A stretch of DNA of 64,000 nt from an uncultured Planctomycetota bacterium (GTDB taxonomy: Bacteria; Planctomycetota; Planctomycetia; Isosphaerales; Isosphaeraceae), in assembly GCA_963845755.1 (NCBI GenBank), contig CAWJTV010000011.1, forward strand, positions 32,001 through 96,000. The letters run 5' to 3'. Within the stretch, counting starts at the first letter, position 1. Every line of letters begins with the position of its first letter. The notes beneath the pieces are model-generated. The model was not told the DNA's origin, searched no databases, and saw only the letters and a list, made by a program, of their open reading frames with translations. The position numbers and the translations under genes were made by a program. Positions 1 through 12,263 of the stretch are shown here, piece by piece.

Positions 1-177
1 TCGCTCTATACCCGCACCGATGAAGTCGACAGCGCCTGGCAGTTCATCACGTCGATCCTGGACGCCTGGAATCGGCCCGAGGCGCCGCCGCCGGCCACCT
101 ACGTCGCCGGGAGCTGGGGACCTCCGGAAGCCGATGCGCTGATCGTCCAGGATGGCGCCCGATGGCGCAGGCCGTGA
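1..177 (+). CDS. zwf: Glucose-6-phosphate dehydrogenase, C-terminal end (partial)
   Basis: Frame +1 reads SLYTRTDEVDSAWQFITSILDAW...YVAGSWGPPEADALIVQDGARWRRP*, the typical G6PD C-terminus; not in the ORF track. Confidence 0.9.
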   Translation, partial: SLYTRTDEVDSAWQFITSILDAWNRPEAPPPATYVAGSWGPPEADALIVQDGARWRRP

Positions 178-244
178 GATCGCGACTCGGCTTGGCGGTC
201 GAGAGGAATTCGGCTAGGCTGATAGGAACAGGAGAAGACCCATC

Positions 245-556
245 ATGACCATCCATCTACCAGAGGCCCTGGAGAGCTTCCTCCACGCTCGGGTCAGCCG
301 TGGCGCGTACCCATCGATCGATGAGGCGGTCGCCGACGCCGTGCGGCGGCTCATGCGGGACGTCGCAGCAACCGAACCCGGCGAGGGCCTCTCCGCGCCG
401 GAAACGGGGACAAGCCCAGCGCATAAGCCGATCTGGGAGGAATTTGAGGAAATATCCCGCACCATACCTCCCGAGGTTTGGGACGACTTGCCTACAGACC
501 TGTCCGAGCAGCATGACCACTACATCTATGGAGGTCCAAAGCGGGCGACGGAATGA
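245..556 (+). CDS. Type II antitoxin (RHH/ParD-like N-terminus, DLPTDLSEQHDHYIYG tail)
   Basis: 103 aa, ATGA overlap with downstream PIN gene. Confidence 0.75.
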   Translation: MTIHLPEALESFLHARVSRGAYPSIDEAVADAVRRLMRDVAATEPGEGLSAPETGTSPAHKPIWEEFEEISRTIPPEVWDDLPTDLSEQHDHYIYGGPKRATE

Positions 557-956
557 AGCGATATTTCGCCGACTCCCTTTACTGGATCGCGATCGCCAAC
601 CCGAAGGATCAGTGGCATGTCCAGGCGATCGGTTGTGCACGGTTGCTGAAGTCCGCTGAGATCGTCACTACGGAGGAAGTGCTCAACGAGTTCCTCGCTG
701 CCTTCCGGTACAATGTCCAACTCCGCACGACCGGGGTTCGTTATCTCGAGACGATCTTGGCCAATCCTCTCGTGACGGTGATCTCCCAGTCCCATTGGTC
801 GTTCCGGGCCGGCTTCGCCCTCTACCGAAACCGCCCGGACAAGCAATACAGTTTGACCGACTGTATCTCCATGGAAACGATGCGCAGGAAGGCATCACAG
901 AGATCCTCACGCATGACATCCATTTCACTCAGGAAGGATTTATCATCCTGCTTTAG
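553..956 (+). CDS. vapC: PIN-domain (VapC-like) toxin, frameshift near 890
   Basis: YFADSLYWIA...EVLNE...YSLTDCISM, then shifted frame GITEILTHDIHFTQEGFIILL* (TAG 954-956). Confidence 0.85.
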
Positions 957-1027
957 CGACGAGGCCGTGCGATGTTCGACTTCTACGTCCGCAAAGGGAG
1001 TTCCCTGTCACTGCGAATGAGCGGGCT

Positions 1028-1674
1028 ATGAGCCTGTCGAACACCCCAACCGATATCCCTTCGCCCGAACCAACGGCAGATCTGCGTCCGCGCCGGTGGC
1101 GATCCTCGCTCAAGACCACGCGGGCCTGCTCCTTCTCGTCCTCCTGATCGCGGGCCTGTTCGGGGTCTGGAACGAATGGAAGCGACGCAACGCCGTCAAC
1201 GAGTTGATCGGCCGGCTCTCCTCGAGCCGGATCCAACTCATGCCGACACTCGCCGCGGCCGAGCCGTTCTGGCTCTACCACAGGAAGCGAATTGTCGCCG
1301 TTGGGGCGTTCGGCCCGCAGGTCCGGCGAATCCGTGACTTGCATGCCGAACCGATTGCCGTCGAGGTTCTGGTTCGGGCCATCTTGAATGACCCTGACGA
1401 TCAAATACGAGTTGAGAGCGTGTTGAGCCTCGGCGAGATCGCACGCCCCGATCAACGACTCCCCGAAATCCTCGCCGCGGTGCAGGAACTCGCCCGCAAC
1501 GACCCGGGGGTGCAAGGTGTGGCCGAGCTCGCCATCAGGCGGCTTCGCTCGAGCCGGCAACACGTCGAAAGTCGCGCCCGGCTGCTGCCTCAACTGGACC
1601 CCGAAGCGCGTGAGCGATTCCTGGAGAAGGAGGTCGCCGATGAGGCCCGCGAGGTCCGTTGGTGGCTGCAATGA
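1028..1674 (+). CDS. Membrane-anchored HEAT-repeat protein (start uncertain, 1028 or 1096)
   Basis: TM segment LLLLVLLIAGLFGVW, then DPDDQIRVESVLSLG and NDPGVQGVAELAI HEAT-like units. Confidence 0.55.
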
Positions 1675-1704
1675 GTCCCGCAGCCCAGGATGTCCAGAAA
1701 CCCC

Positions 1705-2144
1705 TCAGTCCTCCTCCCGCCTCCGCCGTCCAGAGCCACGCAGCACCAGCAGGAAGAAGATGATCGCCAGCGTGCCGAAAATCCCGGTGAACTGGTTATT
1801 CTGATCCAGGTAGAAGACCAGGAGCAAGAAGAGTGAGACGACCAGCCCGGTAATGAAGACCAGGCGCAGGCGCCGACGGCGGTCGAGGGCGCGGACTCGA
1901 CGATCGAGGATCGATCCGAGTCGAGGGATTCCTCAGGGACGTCCGCGATCGTCTCGATGCTCTCGTCGTGTCCATGAACCCGGCGCCGGGTCGCCGGATG
2001 ACCGAACAGCACTTCCGGCGGCAGCGACGGATATCCGCACGCCGGACAGCGCAGCCAGCCTTCCCAGGCTCCATGCTGGGCCTCGAGCTCGGCCTTGCAG
2101 CGCGGGCAGGAATACGCCACGAAGTAAATCACCTGCGAATCCAC
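1705..2144 (-). CDS. Zn-ribbon membrane protein, frameshift near 1865
   Basis: YSCPRC...LRCPACG; shifted frame gives two TM helices ending LRGSGRRRREED*. Confidence 0.65.
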
Positions 2145-2314
2145 GGTGCGGCCCCCGTTGAGATCTGGGATCTTGGATTGAGTGTCAGCTTATCCGAAGT
2201 CCAATTCAAATCCCAAATCGAAAATCCAAAATCCCGCCGGCCCCTTTCGACTCGACGATCCGGCACGTAGGATGGGGATCGATCTTGCGGGGTGAAAACG
2301 ACGCCGGTAAGAAC

Positions 2315-2373
2315 GTCGGTCAGGCTTTCCAGCCTGACCTTTCGGACGAGTCAGGCTGGAAAGCCTGACCGAC
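2315..2373. repeat. REP-like nested inverted repeat
   Basis: GTCGGTCAGGCTTTCCAGCCTGAC ... GTCAGGCTGGAAAGCCTGACCGAC. Confidence 0.85.
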
Positions 2374-2386
2374 ATACGGAACGCCC

Positions 2387-2878
2387 ATGGCCATCGTCAT
2401 TCGACCCTATCGCGAGCCCGATCGGCAGGCCGTGCGAGACCTGACCATCGCGGCGTTCGAGGGCGTCTCGATCGACCACAACATCGACCTGAGGCTCGGC
2501 CCGATCACCGGACGGGACTGGCGTTGGCGGAAGTCGCGCGACGTCGACCGCGACATCGATCTGCTGGGTGCCGATCTCGCCGTGGCCGAAGACGATCAGA
2601 GCGGCGCGGTGGTCGGCTACGTCACCATGCAGTGCGACGATGAAACGCTTATCGGCTGGATCCACAATCTGGTGGTCGGCTCGGGTGTGCGGGGCCAGGG
2701 GTTGGGCCGGCAGCTCATCGAGCATGCCCTGAACCATTTCCGCGCCGCCGGCATGACGGTGGCCAAGATCGAGACCCTCGAGCAGAATGCGATCGGCCGG
2801 CACCTCTATCCGGCGCTCGGGTTCCTCGAGATCGCGCGACAGATCCACTACGCCATGCCCCTGACCGAGACGGACTAA
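2387..2878 (+). CDS. GNAT family N-acetyltransferase
   Basis: IHNLVVGSGVRGQGLGRQL acetyl-CoA motif; NAIGRHLYPALGF. Confidence 0.92.
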   Translation: MAIVIRPYREPDRQAVRDLTIAAFEGVSIDHNIDLRLGPITGRDWRWRKSRDVDRDIDLLGADLAVAEDDQSGAVVGYVTMQCDDETLIGWIHNLVVGSGVRGQGLGRQLIEHALNHFRAAGMTVAKIETLEQNAIGRHLYPALGFLEIARQIHYAMPLTETD

Positions 2879-2885
2879 CCCACCG

Positions 2886-4479
2886 ATGAGCCCGGCCACG
2901 AGCCCCATTGAGACCGATGCCGGCTCAGCCGTCGTGCCGCACCGGCTGGAGATGCGGCACATCGCCAAGAGCTTCGGGGGCGTGCGCGCTGCGAGACGTG
3001 TCGCTGGTCGCGCCGGCCGGCGAGGTCCACTCGATCTGCGGCGAGAACGGGGCGGGCAAGAGCACGCTGATGAAGATCCTCGCCGGCGCGATCGCCGAAT
3101 ACGACGGCGCGATCGTCCTGGACGGCCGCCCGGTCTGGTTCTCCGGACCGCGCAGGCCGAGGATGCCGGCATCCGGATCATCTACCAGGAGCTCAACCTC
3201 GTCCCGCAGCTCACCGTGGCCGACAACATCTTCCTCGGCCGGGAGACGACGCGCGGGGGCCGGCTCGGCTGGCTGGATGAACGCGCGATGGAAGCCCGGA
3301 CGCGCCGGCTCTTCGACCGCCTGGGCGCCCCGATCGCGCCGCGGACCCGCGTCGGCGACCTGCGGATCGGCGACCAGCAGATGGTCGAGATCGCCAAGGC
3401 GCTGGCGTTCGAAGCCTCGATCGTGATCATGGACGAGCCCACCTCGGCCCTGTCGGACTCGGAGGTTGCCCGGCTCTTCCGCGTCATCGACGACCTCCGG
3501 CGGGCCGGAACCACGGTGCTGTACATCAGCCACAAGATGAACGAGGTCTTCACGCTGTCCGACCGCGTGACCGTGCTCCGCGACGGCCAGCTCGTCGCGT
3601 CGTCGTCGCGGGCGGACACCACGCCCGACCAGGTCGTGCGCTGGATGGTCGGCCGCGAGATCGCCGCGCTGAACTACCAGCCCCACCCGATCCAGCCCCG
3701 GGCGACTCTCGAGGTGGCGGACCTCTCGTTGCCCAGCCCGACGGGGAGCGGCCGGCCCAGCCTGCGCGGCATCACGTTCTCGGTCCGGGCCGGCGAGGTG
3801 CTGGGCGTCGCCGGCCTGCTCGGCGCCGGCCGCACCGAGCTCCTCGAAGCGATCTACGGCGCCAGCCCGTCGCCACCGGGAGGCACACTCCAGTTGGAAG
3901 GCCGGCCGGTCCGCTTCAGCCACCCCGACCAGGCCATCCGCGCCGGCATCGCGATGGTCACCGAGGATCGCAAGACCCTCGGCCTCTTCGACCGGATGAC
4001 CGTCGCCGAGAACATCACGCTCCGCCGTCTCTCCGACCTGACTTTCGGCGCGCTGCCGCTGGTCGACCCCCGCGCCGCACCGGGCGGTCGAGTGGTCGAT
4101 CAAGGAGCTGGCGATCAAGACGGCCGGCGGCGATGCCCCGGTGACGAGCCTCTCCGGCGGCAACCAGCAGAAGTGCATCCTCGCCCGATGGCTTCTGATC
4201 GAGCCCCGGCTGCTCCTGCTCGACGAGCCGACGCGCGGCATCGACGTCGGCGCCAAGTCCGAGATCTACCAACTGATCCGCCGCCTGGCCGGACAGGGCC
4301 GTGCCATCATGATGACGTCCAGCGAGCTGCCCGAGCTACTGGCCGTCGCCGACCGGATCATCGTCCTCTGCGAGGGGCGAATCACGGCGGAGATCCCCCG
4401 CGCCGAGGCCACGGAGGAGGCCATCATGCACGCCGCGACCCGGTTCCTCGACCGGGCTAAGCCGGGAGTGGCCGACTAA
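2886..4479 (+). CDS. Sugar ABC transporter ATP-binding protein (RbsA/MglA type), frameshifted
   Basis: [35 protein letters not shown] and [13 protein letters not shown] spread over three ORF fragments. Confidence 0.92.
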
Positions 4480-4598
4480 CGCTGACGTCTGGTTTCGCCC
4501 GCGGGACAGTCAGTAGGCCACGTCGTGACGAGGCAATTACGGATGCTGTCGGTTGCGGCGGCTCGGCGTTTGTTCCAGGAACCCAAACCGGCGGAATC

Positions 4599-4700
4599 GT
4601 CGAGCCTGGGGCATCAGACCAAAAACGATGGGACGGTTTCTCTTGCCTCCGTTCTTCGAGACCCGGAGGCCGACCGAAATCCCCAGGGACCAAGGCGTTC
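4599..4700. repeat. Diverged ~100-bp intergenic element, copy 1 (copy 2 at 9484-9587)
   Basis: Shared blocks GTCGAGCCTGGG, ACGATGGGA, CCGG.GGCCGAC and TCCCCAGGGAC at matching spacing. Confidence 0.6.
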
Positions 4701-5164
4701 CGTCGCTCCTCAGGACTCTCTGGCTGAGGAGATGTCGTGGGGGCCCGTTCCCGGGGGGTCACGTCACGGGACCGCTTCGACGCTGGCACGAATCATGCTA
4801 CGAGTCCGTGGGGAAGACGGCCCCCATGCCTTCAAGCCGGGTGTCCCGTGGCGAATCTTGCGAGAGCGCTTAACGCTGGGATGAAGATCGCCGGACGGAG
4901 CCGGCTCCTAAAAGAAGTACTTGGACCGGCGGGAACGGCTCCAGGTGCTCGGACAAAACGAAGAAATCCTCCTGTTCTTGAAAGTTCTCGATGAGCACCT
5001 CTTCGCGGTCCCGGCACCCCGATCCTCTCCCCGTGGGGGCGAGGGCGACGGATCGAATCCCCTTCTCCCCTCGTCGAGAAGGTACCCGCAGGGCGGATGA
5101 GAACGTGGGCCGCCGGCAGCCACAGGATCGGATGGAGGCGATCGCATCGGAGGCCAACGGGACC

Positions 5165-6673
5165 ATGAGCCAGGAAACGACCAAGGGGGATGAATGGCGA
5201 GCACCTCCCGAGCTGTACGAGCAACTGGACACCGTCCCTCCTGAGGCGCGGGCGGCGATCGTGCTGGGCATTATCGAGGCGCATCCCGAAAGGCGCCTCA
5301 TCCTGCCGGCCCGTAATGGCATAAGGCCCATGCTGGATGGCATCACTCTCGCGCATCCCGCGGTCGCGCCTCCAAGGGGAGAGACTCCCGAAATCACTCC
5401 GCGTCGGAACGGCGTACGGTCGGGTCTGGACCTCCGCGGGGCTGACCTACGTGGGGCGTCTCTCCGCGATGCCGATCTCCACGGCGCCGACCTGGAAGAG
5501 GCGGATCTTCGGGACGCCGACCTGAGGAGGGCGGATCTCCGCGGGGCAAGCTTGCGGCTGGCCGACTTGAGGGGTAGCTGTCTGGCCGAAGCCCACGTGG
5601 AGGGAGCCAACCTGGCGGGGGCCGACCTTCGTGCCGCGTTCCTCGAAGGGGCTGACCTCCGGGATACCGACCTGGCGAACGCCCGCCTGGAGGGGGCGAA
5701 CCTGGGCGATGCCGACCTGCGGGGGGCTATGCTCGAGGAAGCGAACCTCGACGGCTCGAGCGTCCGCTTCGCCAGGCTCCGGCGGGCCTCGAAGGGGCCA
5801 GCATTCGACGCGCCGACCTGCGCGGCGCCGACTTGGCGGGCGCCGACCTGCGCGGCGCCGACCTCGAGGACTCGGAACTCGAAGAGGCCGGTCTTCGCGG
5901 CTCGAAGCTCGTCGGGGCGACTCTCCGGACTTGCATCCTCCGGGAGGCCGACCTGACGGAGGCCGACCTGACGGAGGCCGACCTGCGCGGCGCCCTCTTG
6001 AAGGGGGCGAACCTCCGGGATGCCGTCCTTCGCGACGTCAGGCTCCAGGGGTCAACCTCTCCCAGAGCGAGATCGCCCACATCCACCTGGGTGGGGCCAA
6101 GCTGGACGACACGCAACTCCGGTTGAAACAGCTCGATGGGGCGATCGGCGAGGAGCGGGCCGGCGACTTCGAGCGGGCGGCGCAGGGCTACCTGGCCCTC
6201 GAGCGGAACTTCGAGGGCCTCGGCGACAAGGACGCCGCCAGTTGGGCCTACCGACGCAGGCGACGCATGCAGAAGCGCAGGCGCGGCCCGAGCGGCCCGG
6301 TCGGGCGGCGTGGCGACGGTCGGCCGGATGCGAGTATGCCAGCGATCAACTGGTCGAGTGGATGTGGACTACGGCGAGGCACCGAGTCCTCGGCTCGCTC
6401 GCCGTGGTTTACGTGGTCTTCACCCTGATCTACATCCTGGCGGGGAGCGTCGTCCGCGAGGTTGAGATGGCGGGAGAGGCCGTCCGGATGATCACGCGCC
6501 ATCCGGCCAAGGTGGCGGTCTTCAGCCTCCTGGTCATGACGTCGGGGAGCCCGGAAGGCGGCCTGGCGCCGCGGGGCGACCCGACTCTGTTTCTCATGGG
6601 CGTCCAGACCTTTCTGGGCATCGCCTTGACCGGCCTGCTGGGCTTCGTACTCGGCAACCGGATCCGCCGCTGA
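5165..6673 (+). CDS. Pentapeptide-repeat protein with C-terminal membrane (channel-like) domain, frameshifted
   Basis: Long A(D/N)LxG pentapeptide runs; C-terminal TM-loop-TM; RBS GGAGG before ATG 5165. Confidence 0.8.
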
Positions 6674-6775
6674 TTCGCCACGGAGAACAACCCTCCTTCG
6701 CTTCTCGGGGGTTTTCGACGCTCCTCGCCGAACGCCACCGGGTTCCTGGAGCCACCCGTGAGGATTGGGTTGCGA

Positions 6776-7040
6776 TCCTTACGCCGAAGGCGTTGCACAA
6801 CACAGCCCAGGGTCGCCGCAGGCGCACCCTGGGTACCGCGGGGAGACTCCACCATCGTGTCCTTACGCCGAAGGCGTTACACAACACAGCCCAGGGTCGC
6901 AAAGGGCAGCTCGGGGACGATGGGGCGGACTCGGTTATGGAACCCCGTTGGGGTACGGGTGTTCTGAGGGCGGATCGCTTCCCAGGGTGTCGCTTGCGGC
7001 GACCCTGGGCTGTGCTATCTAACGCCTTCGGCGTAGGGAA
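6776..7040. repeat. REP/BIME-like cluster between convergent genes
   Basis: TCCTTACGCCGAAGGCGTT.CACAACACAGCCCAGGGTCGC at 6776 and 6860, inverted copy at about 6998-7040. Confidence 0.85.
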
Positions 7041-7088
7041 CAGTCTCGAACCGAGGTAGTGATGAGCGAGGAGTGTCGTGTTTTCCGT

Positions 7089-9289
<2,201 letters not shown>

Positions 9290-9483
9290 TGGGGCCTCCA
9301 TCGCGGTTCATGGGATCGGAGAGGAGTTCATCGACTGACATAACCCTGCCCGAGGGCAACAGCAATGATTCGCGACAGGTTGGCCGCAGGTTCGCAGGTT
9401 TCGGACCCCGGCCCATCGACATCGAGAACGAGTGCGTCATCCGCCTGGAGTCTCTACCCCAAAAGCCTCGGAAGGTCGGAAGA

Positions 9484-9587
9484 GTCGAGCCTGGGACGTG
9501 TGCTCCAGGACGATGGGATCGTTCCTCTCTCCCACCGCTCTTGGGGCTCCGGCGGCCGACAGAAGTCCCCAGGGACAAAGCCGTTCT
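9484..9587. repeat. Diverged ~100-bp intergenic element, copy 2
   Basis: Same blocks as 4599-4700. Confidence 0.6.
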
Positions 9588-9596
9588 GTCTCCCCC

Positions 9597-9967
9597 CTAA
9601 CGCGGCCTTCGGCCGCAACCCAATCGAGATTCCCGATTCCCGAAGGGGAATCGATTGGGAATCCCGATTCGAGATTCCCGATTCCCGAAGGGGAATGATT
9701 CGAGAATCCGGAATCTCGAATCCGGAATTCGGAATCCCGAGAGGCGCCCAGGTGGGCAGGGGATTCTGCCGGAGGAAAACTCTAACGCGGCCTCGGCCGA
9801 AACCCAATCGAGATTCCCGATTCCCAAAGGGGAATCAATTCGGATTCCCGATTCGAGATTCCCGATTCCCGAAGGGGAATGATTTGAGAATCCGGAATCG
9901 CGAATCCGGAATTCGGAATCCCCAGAAGGCGCGCACAGCAAGGGATCCTCCCGGAGGAAAACTCTAA
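9597..9967. repeat. Tandem pair of ~183-bp units built from GATTCCC/GGAATCC heptamers
   Basis: CTAA boundaries at 9597, 9782 and 9964; each unit starts CTAACGCGGCC and ends GGAGGAAAACT. Confidence 0.9.
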
Positions 9968-10505
9968 GGGCTCTCCGGCCGGCGAAATCGAGGCGGGCCC
10001 GGTTCCTGGAGCTCGCGCCCAGCTACTAACTCTGACCTCATTCGGGGCTCTCACCCCTTTCGGAACCGACTCTGACAAACCCGCGGTAAGGCTCCTCGCT
10101 CGATGGGAACGGAGAAAGATCCATGCCTGCGTGGGTCTTCCGTGGATCGAGACGAAGAAAGAAGACACTCCTGCAAGTCAGGTTGGGAAGAGATCCAAGA
10201 AGAGAGCCTCGGTTTGATCGCGCACTGCCTGACGCTCGATGCATGGCTCCTGATCGATGATCTCCGTGTCTCCGTGGAGGGCCGTCCGCGTCTTGTCCGA
10301 AATCTCTTGCTGCTCGCACTCTCTTGCTCGTGAAGCGTCCAATCGTGTATTGGCGTATGTGGCTCGGGCTGGCGGGAACCTTCTTGTTCTTCGCAATCTC
10401 GATCGCCATGATGATGCACAACGCGTGCTGCCGGCAAGGTGCCGGGTTTCTTCTGCAGCCAGAACGATCAATCGGTAGAGGTGCTCTTATCAGCGGGGGA
10501 CAACC

Positions 10506-11732
10506 ATGCGACAACGACTCTTTCTTTGTGTCTTTCAGCCTGGGCGCTGCCCGGCCGGCTGGGCGGCCGAGTTCCCGGCGTTCCGGGCTCAAGAGCTCGA
10601 TCCCAACGTCGGCAAGGTCTGTTACGCGGTGACGACCGCCGACGTCAATGGCGACGGTAAGCTCGACGTCGTGGCCGTGACCGAGGACGCAGTCGTCTGG
10701 TTCGCCAACCCGGGGTGGGAGAAGCACAACATCATCAAGGCGCACCGAGCTAGACAACGTCTGCATCCAGCCCCACGACATCGACGGCGACGGCAAGGTC
10801 GACTTCGCCCTCGGCGCCGGGTGGCAGTCCGCCGAATACCAAGATCGGCGGCACGCTCCAGTGGCTCCGCCGCTCGGACGACGTCGATAAGCCCTGGCAG
10901 GTCTCCCGATCGGCGCCGAGCCGACTTGCACCGGATCCGCTGGGAAAGGTCCTGGGCAACGGGAAGAAGCAACTGATCGTCGCCCCACTCCAGGGGCGGG
11001 GAACGAAGGGGCCGGACTGGGGTAACGGGAATGGGGTGCGGGTCCTCGTCTACAGCGTCCCCGAGAAACCCGCCCGAGACCCCTGGCCTTCCGAGGTCGC
11101 CGACCGCTCGCTGCACACGGTTCACAACCTCCAGGCGATCGACTTTGACGGCGACGGCAAGGACGAGATCGTCCTGGCCGCGCTGGGAGGGGGTCTACTT
11201 GCTCGACCGCGACTCGGGCGGCCACTGGTCGAAGACCCAGCTCGGCACCGGGAACCAGGAGTCGAAGCCAAACAAAGGTTCGAGCGAGGTCAAGGTCGGC
11301 CGCCTGGCCGACGGCCGCCGCTACATCGCCACGATCGAGCCCTGGCACGGATTTCAGGTCGTCGTCTACACCCCGCCGCGCCGGTCGGGCCCGGAGGGTG
11401 CGCTCTGGGAGCGCCAGGTCGTCGATGAGCCCGTGCAGTGGGGCCACGCCGTCTGGTGCGCCGACCTCGACGGCGACGGCGACCAAGAGCTGATCATCGG
11501 CCAGCGCGAGAACAAGTCCGGATCAAACGCGTGCCGAGGGGCCCGGCGTGTTCGTCTACGACCCCAAGCCGGCTCGACCCCACTCGCTTTCACCCGCCAC
11601 ATCATCGAGGACGGCGGCGTCGGCTGCGAGGACGCCGTGGCCGCCGACCTCGACGGCGACGGCCGCCTCGATCTCATCGCCGGGGGCCGCGCCACACATA
11701 ACGTCCGGATCTACTGGAATCGCCAGCAATAA
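10506..11732 (+). CDS. Secreted FG-GAP/VCBS beta-propeller protein (aldos-2-ulose dehydratase-like), frameshifted
   Basis: Repeated DxxGDGxxD motifs; ATIEPWHGFQVVVY; WGHAVWCADLDGDG. Confidence 0.8.
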
Positions 11733-11754
11733 TGCGGGCGGAATGTGTCCGACA

Positions 11755-11825
11755 TCAAAGCCAGCGGTCTATGTCGTTTCGCTTGCCGACGTTCACAATC
11801 AAGACGGCGACGCTCTCCCTAACGT
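11755..11825 (-). pseudogene. Remnant 3' end of a RelE-like toxin
   Basis: Reads VRESVAVLIVNVGKRNDIDRWL*, matching the end of the intact toxin at 14503 (LVVVVVDVGNRRDIYRSP*). Confidence 0.65.
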
Positions 11826-11921
11826 TCTCAAGTATGCTCACTACTCTGCCGATGTCGAATATCATGGGAGCGTATTCGAGAGTCCTCGCGGATCACCACC
11901 ACTCGAAGAAGGCGACCCACC

Positions 11922-12191
11922 CTCGTTCCCACGCTCGGAGGCTGTGATTTTTTGATCGCGACGCTGTCTATTGAGCCCCGAATCGCCGTTGATCGTCCTG
12001 AGCATCGATTCGGGGCTCATTAGGGGCACCGAAATCGTGTACAGTTGATCCGATCTGACAGTCGTCGTACAAAAAAATCACAGCCTCTCGGCGTGGGAAT
12101 GCCGTCTTCGACGCTCGGCGTCGCGGCCCTCGCCCCGCCTGGGGACGCGGAGCGTCCCGCACGGCATTCCCATGCGGAGCGTGGGAACGAG
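11922..12191. repeat. REP element (CTCGTTCCCACGC...GCGTGGGAACGAG) interrupted by a MITE
   Basis: Same family as the uninterrupted copy at 22046-22144. Confidence 0.85.
11938..12087. mobile_element. 150-bp MITE with 16-bp TIRs and 3-bp target duplication
   Basis: GAGGCTGTGATTTTTT ... AAAAAATCACAGCCTC, flanked by TCG at 11935-11937 and 12088-12090. Confidence 0.8.
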
Positions 12192-12263
12192 GGGAATGAG
12201 ATCGGGCGGAGGCCATCGCCTCCGCCCTTCCGCCAGAATCCTTCGACGTCTTGACGATCTCGG

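Noticed and set aside
2886..4479. ABC ATPase without adjacent permease or binding protein as a novel system
   Set aside because: Scattered operons are common in planctomycetes, so the partners are probably elsewhere
4991..5164. N-terminal extension of the pentapeptide ORF
   Set aside because: It runs through REP-like CCCTTCTCCCC/GAGAAGG sequence; a better RBS and ATG lie at 5165
9597..9967. Possible CRISPR array
   Set aside because: No constant repeat with unique spacers, and no cas genes
9970..10480. Possible decayed gene or IS end
   Set aside because: No recognisable motif or paired inverted repeat
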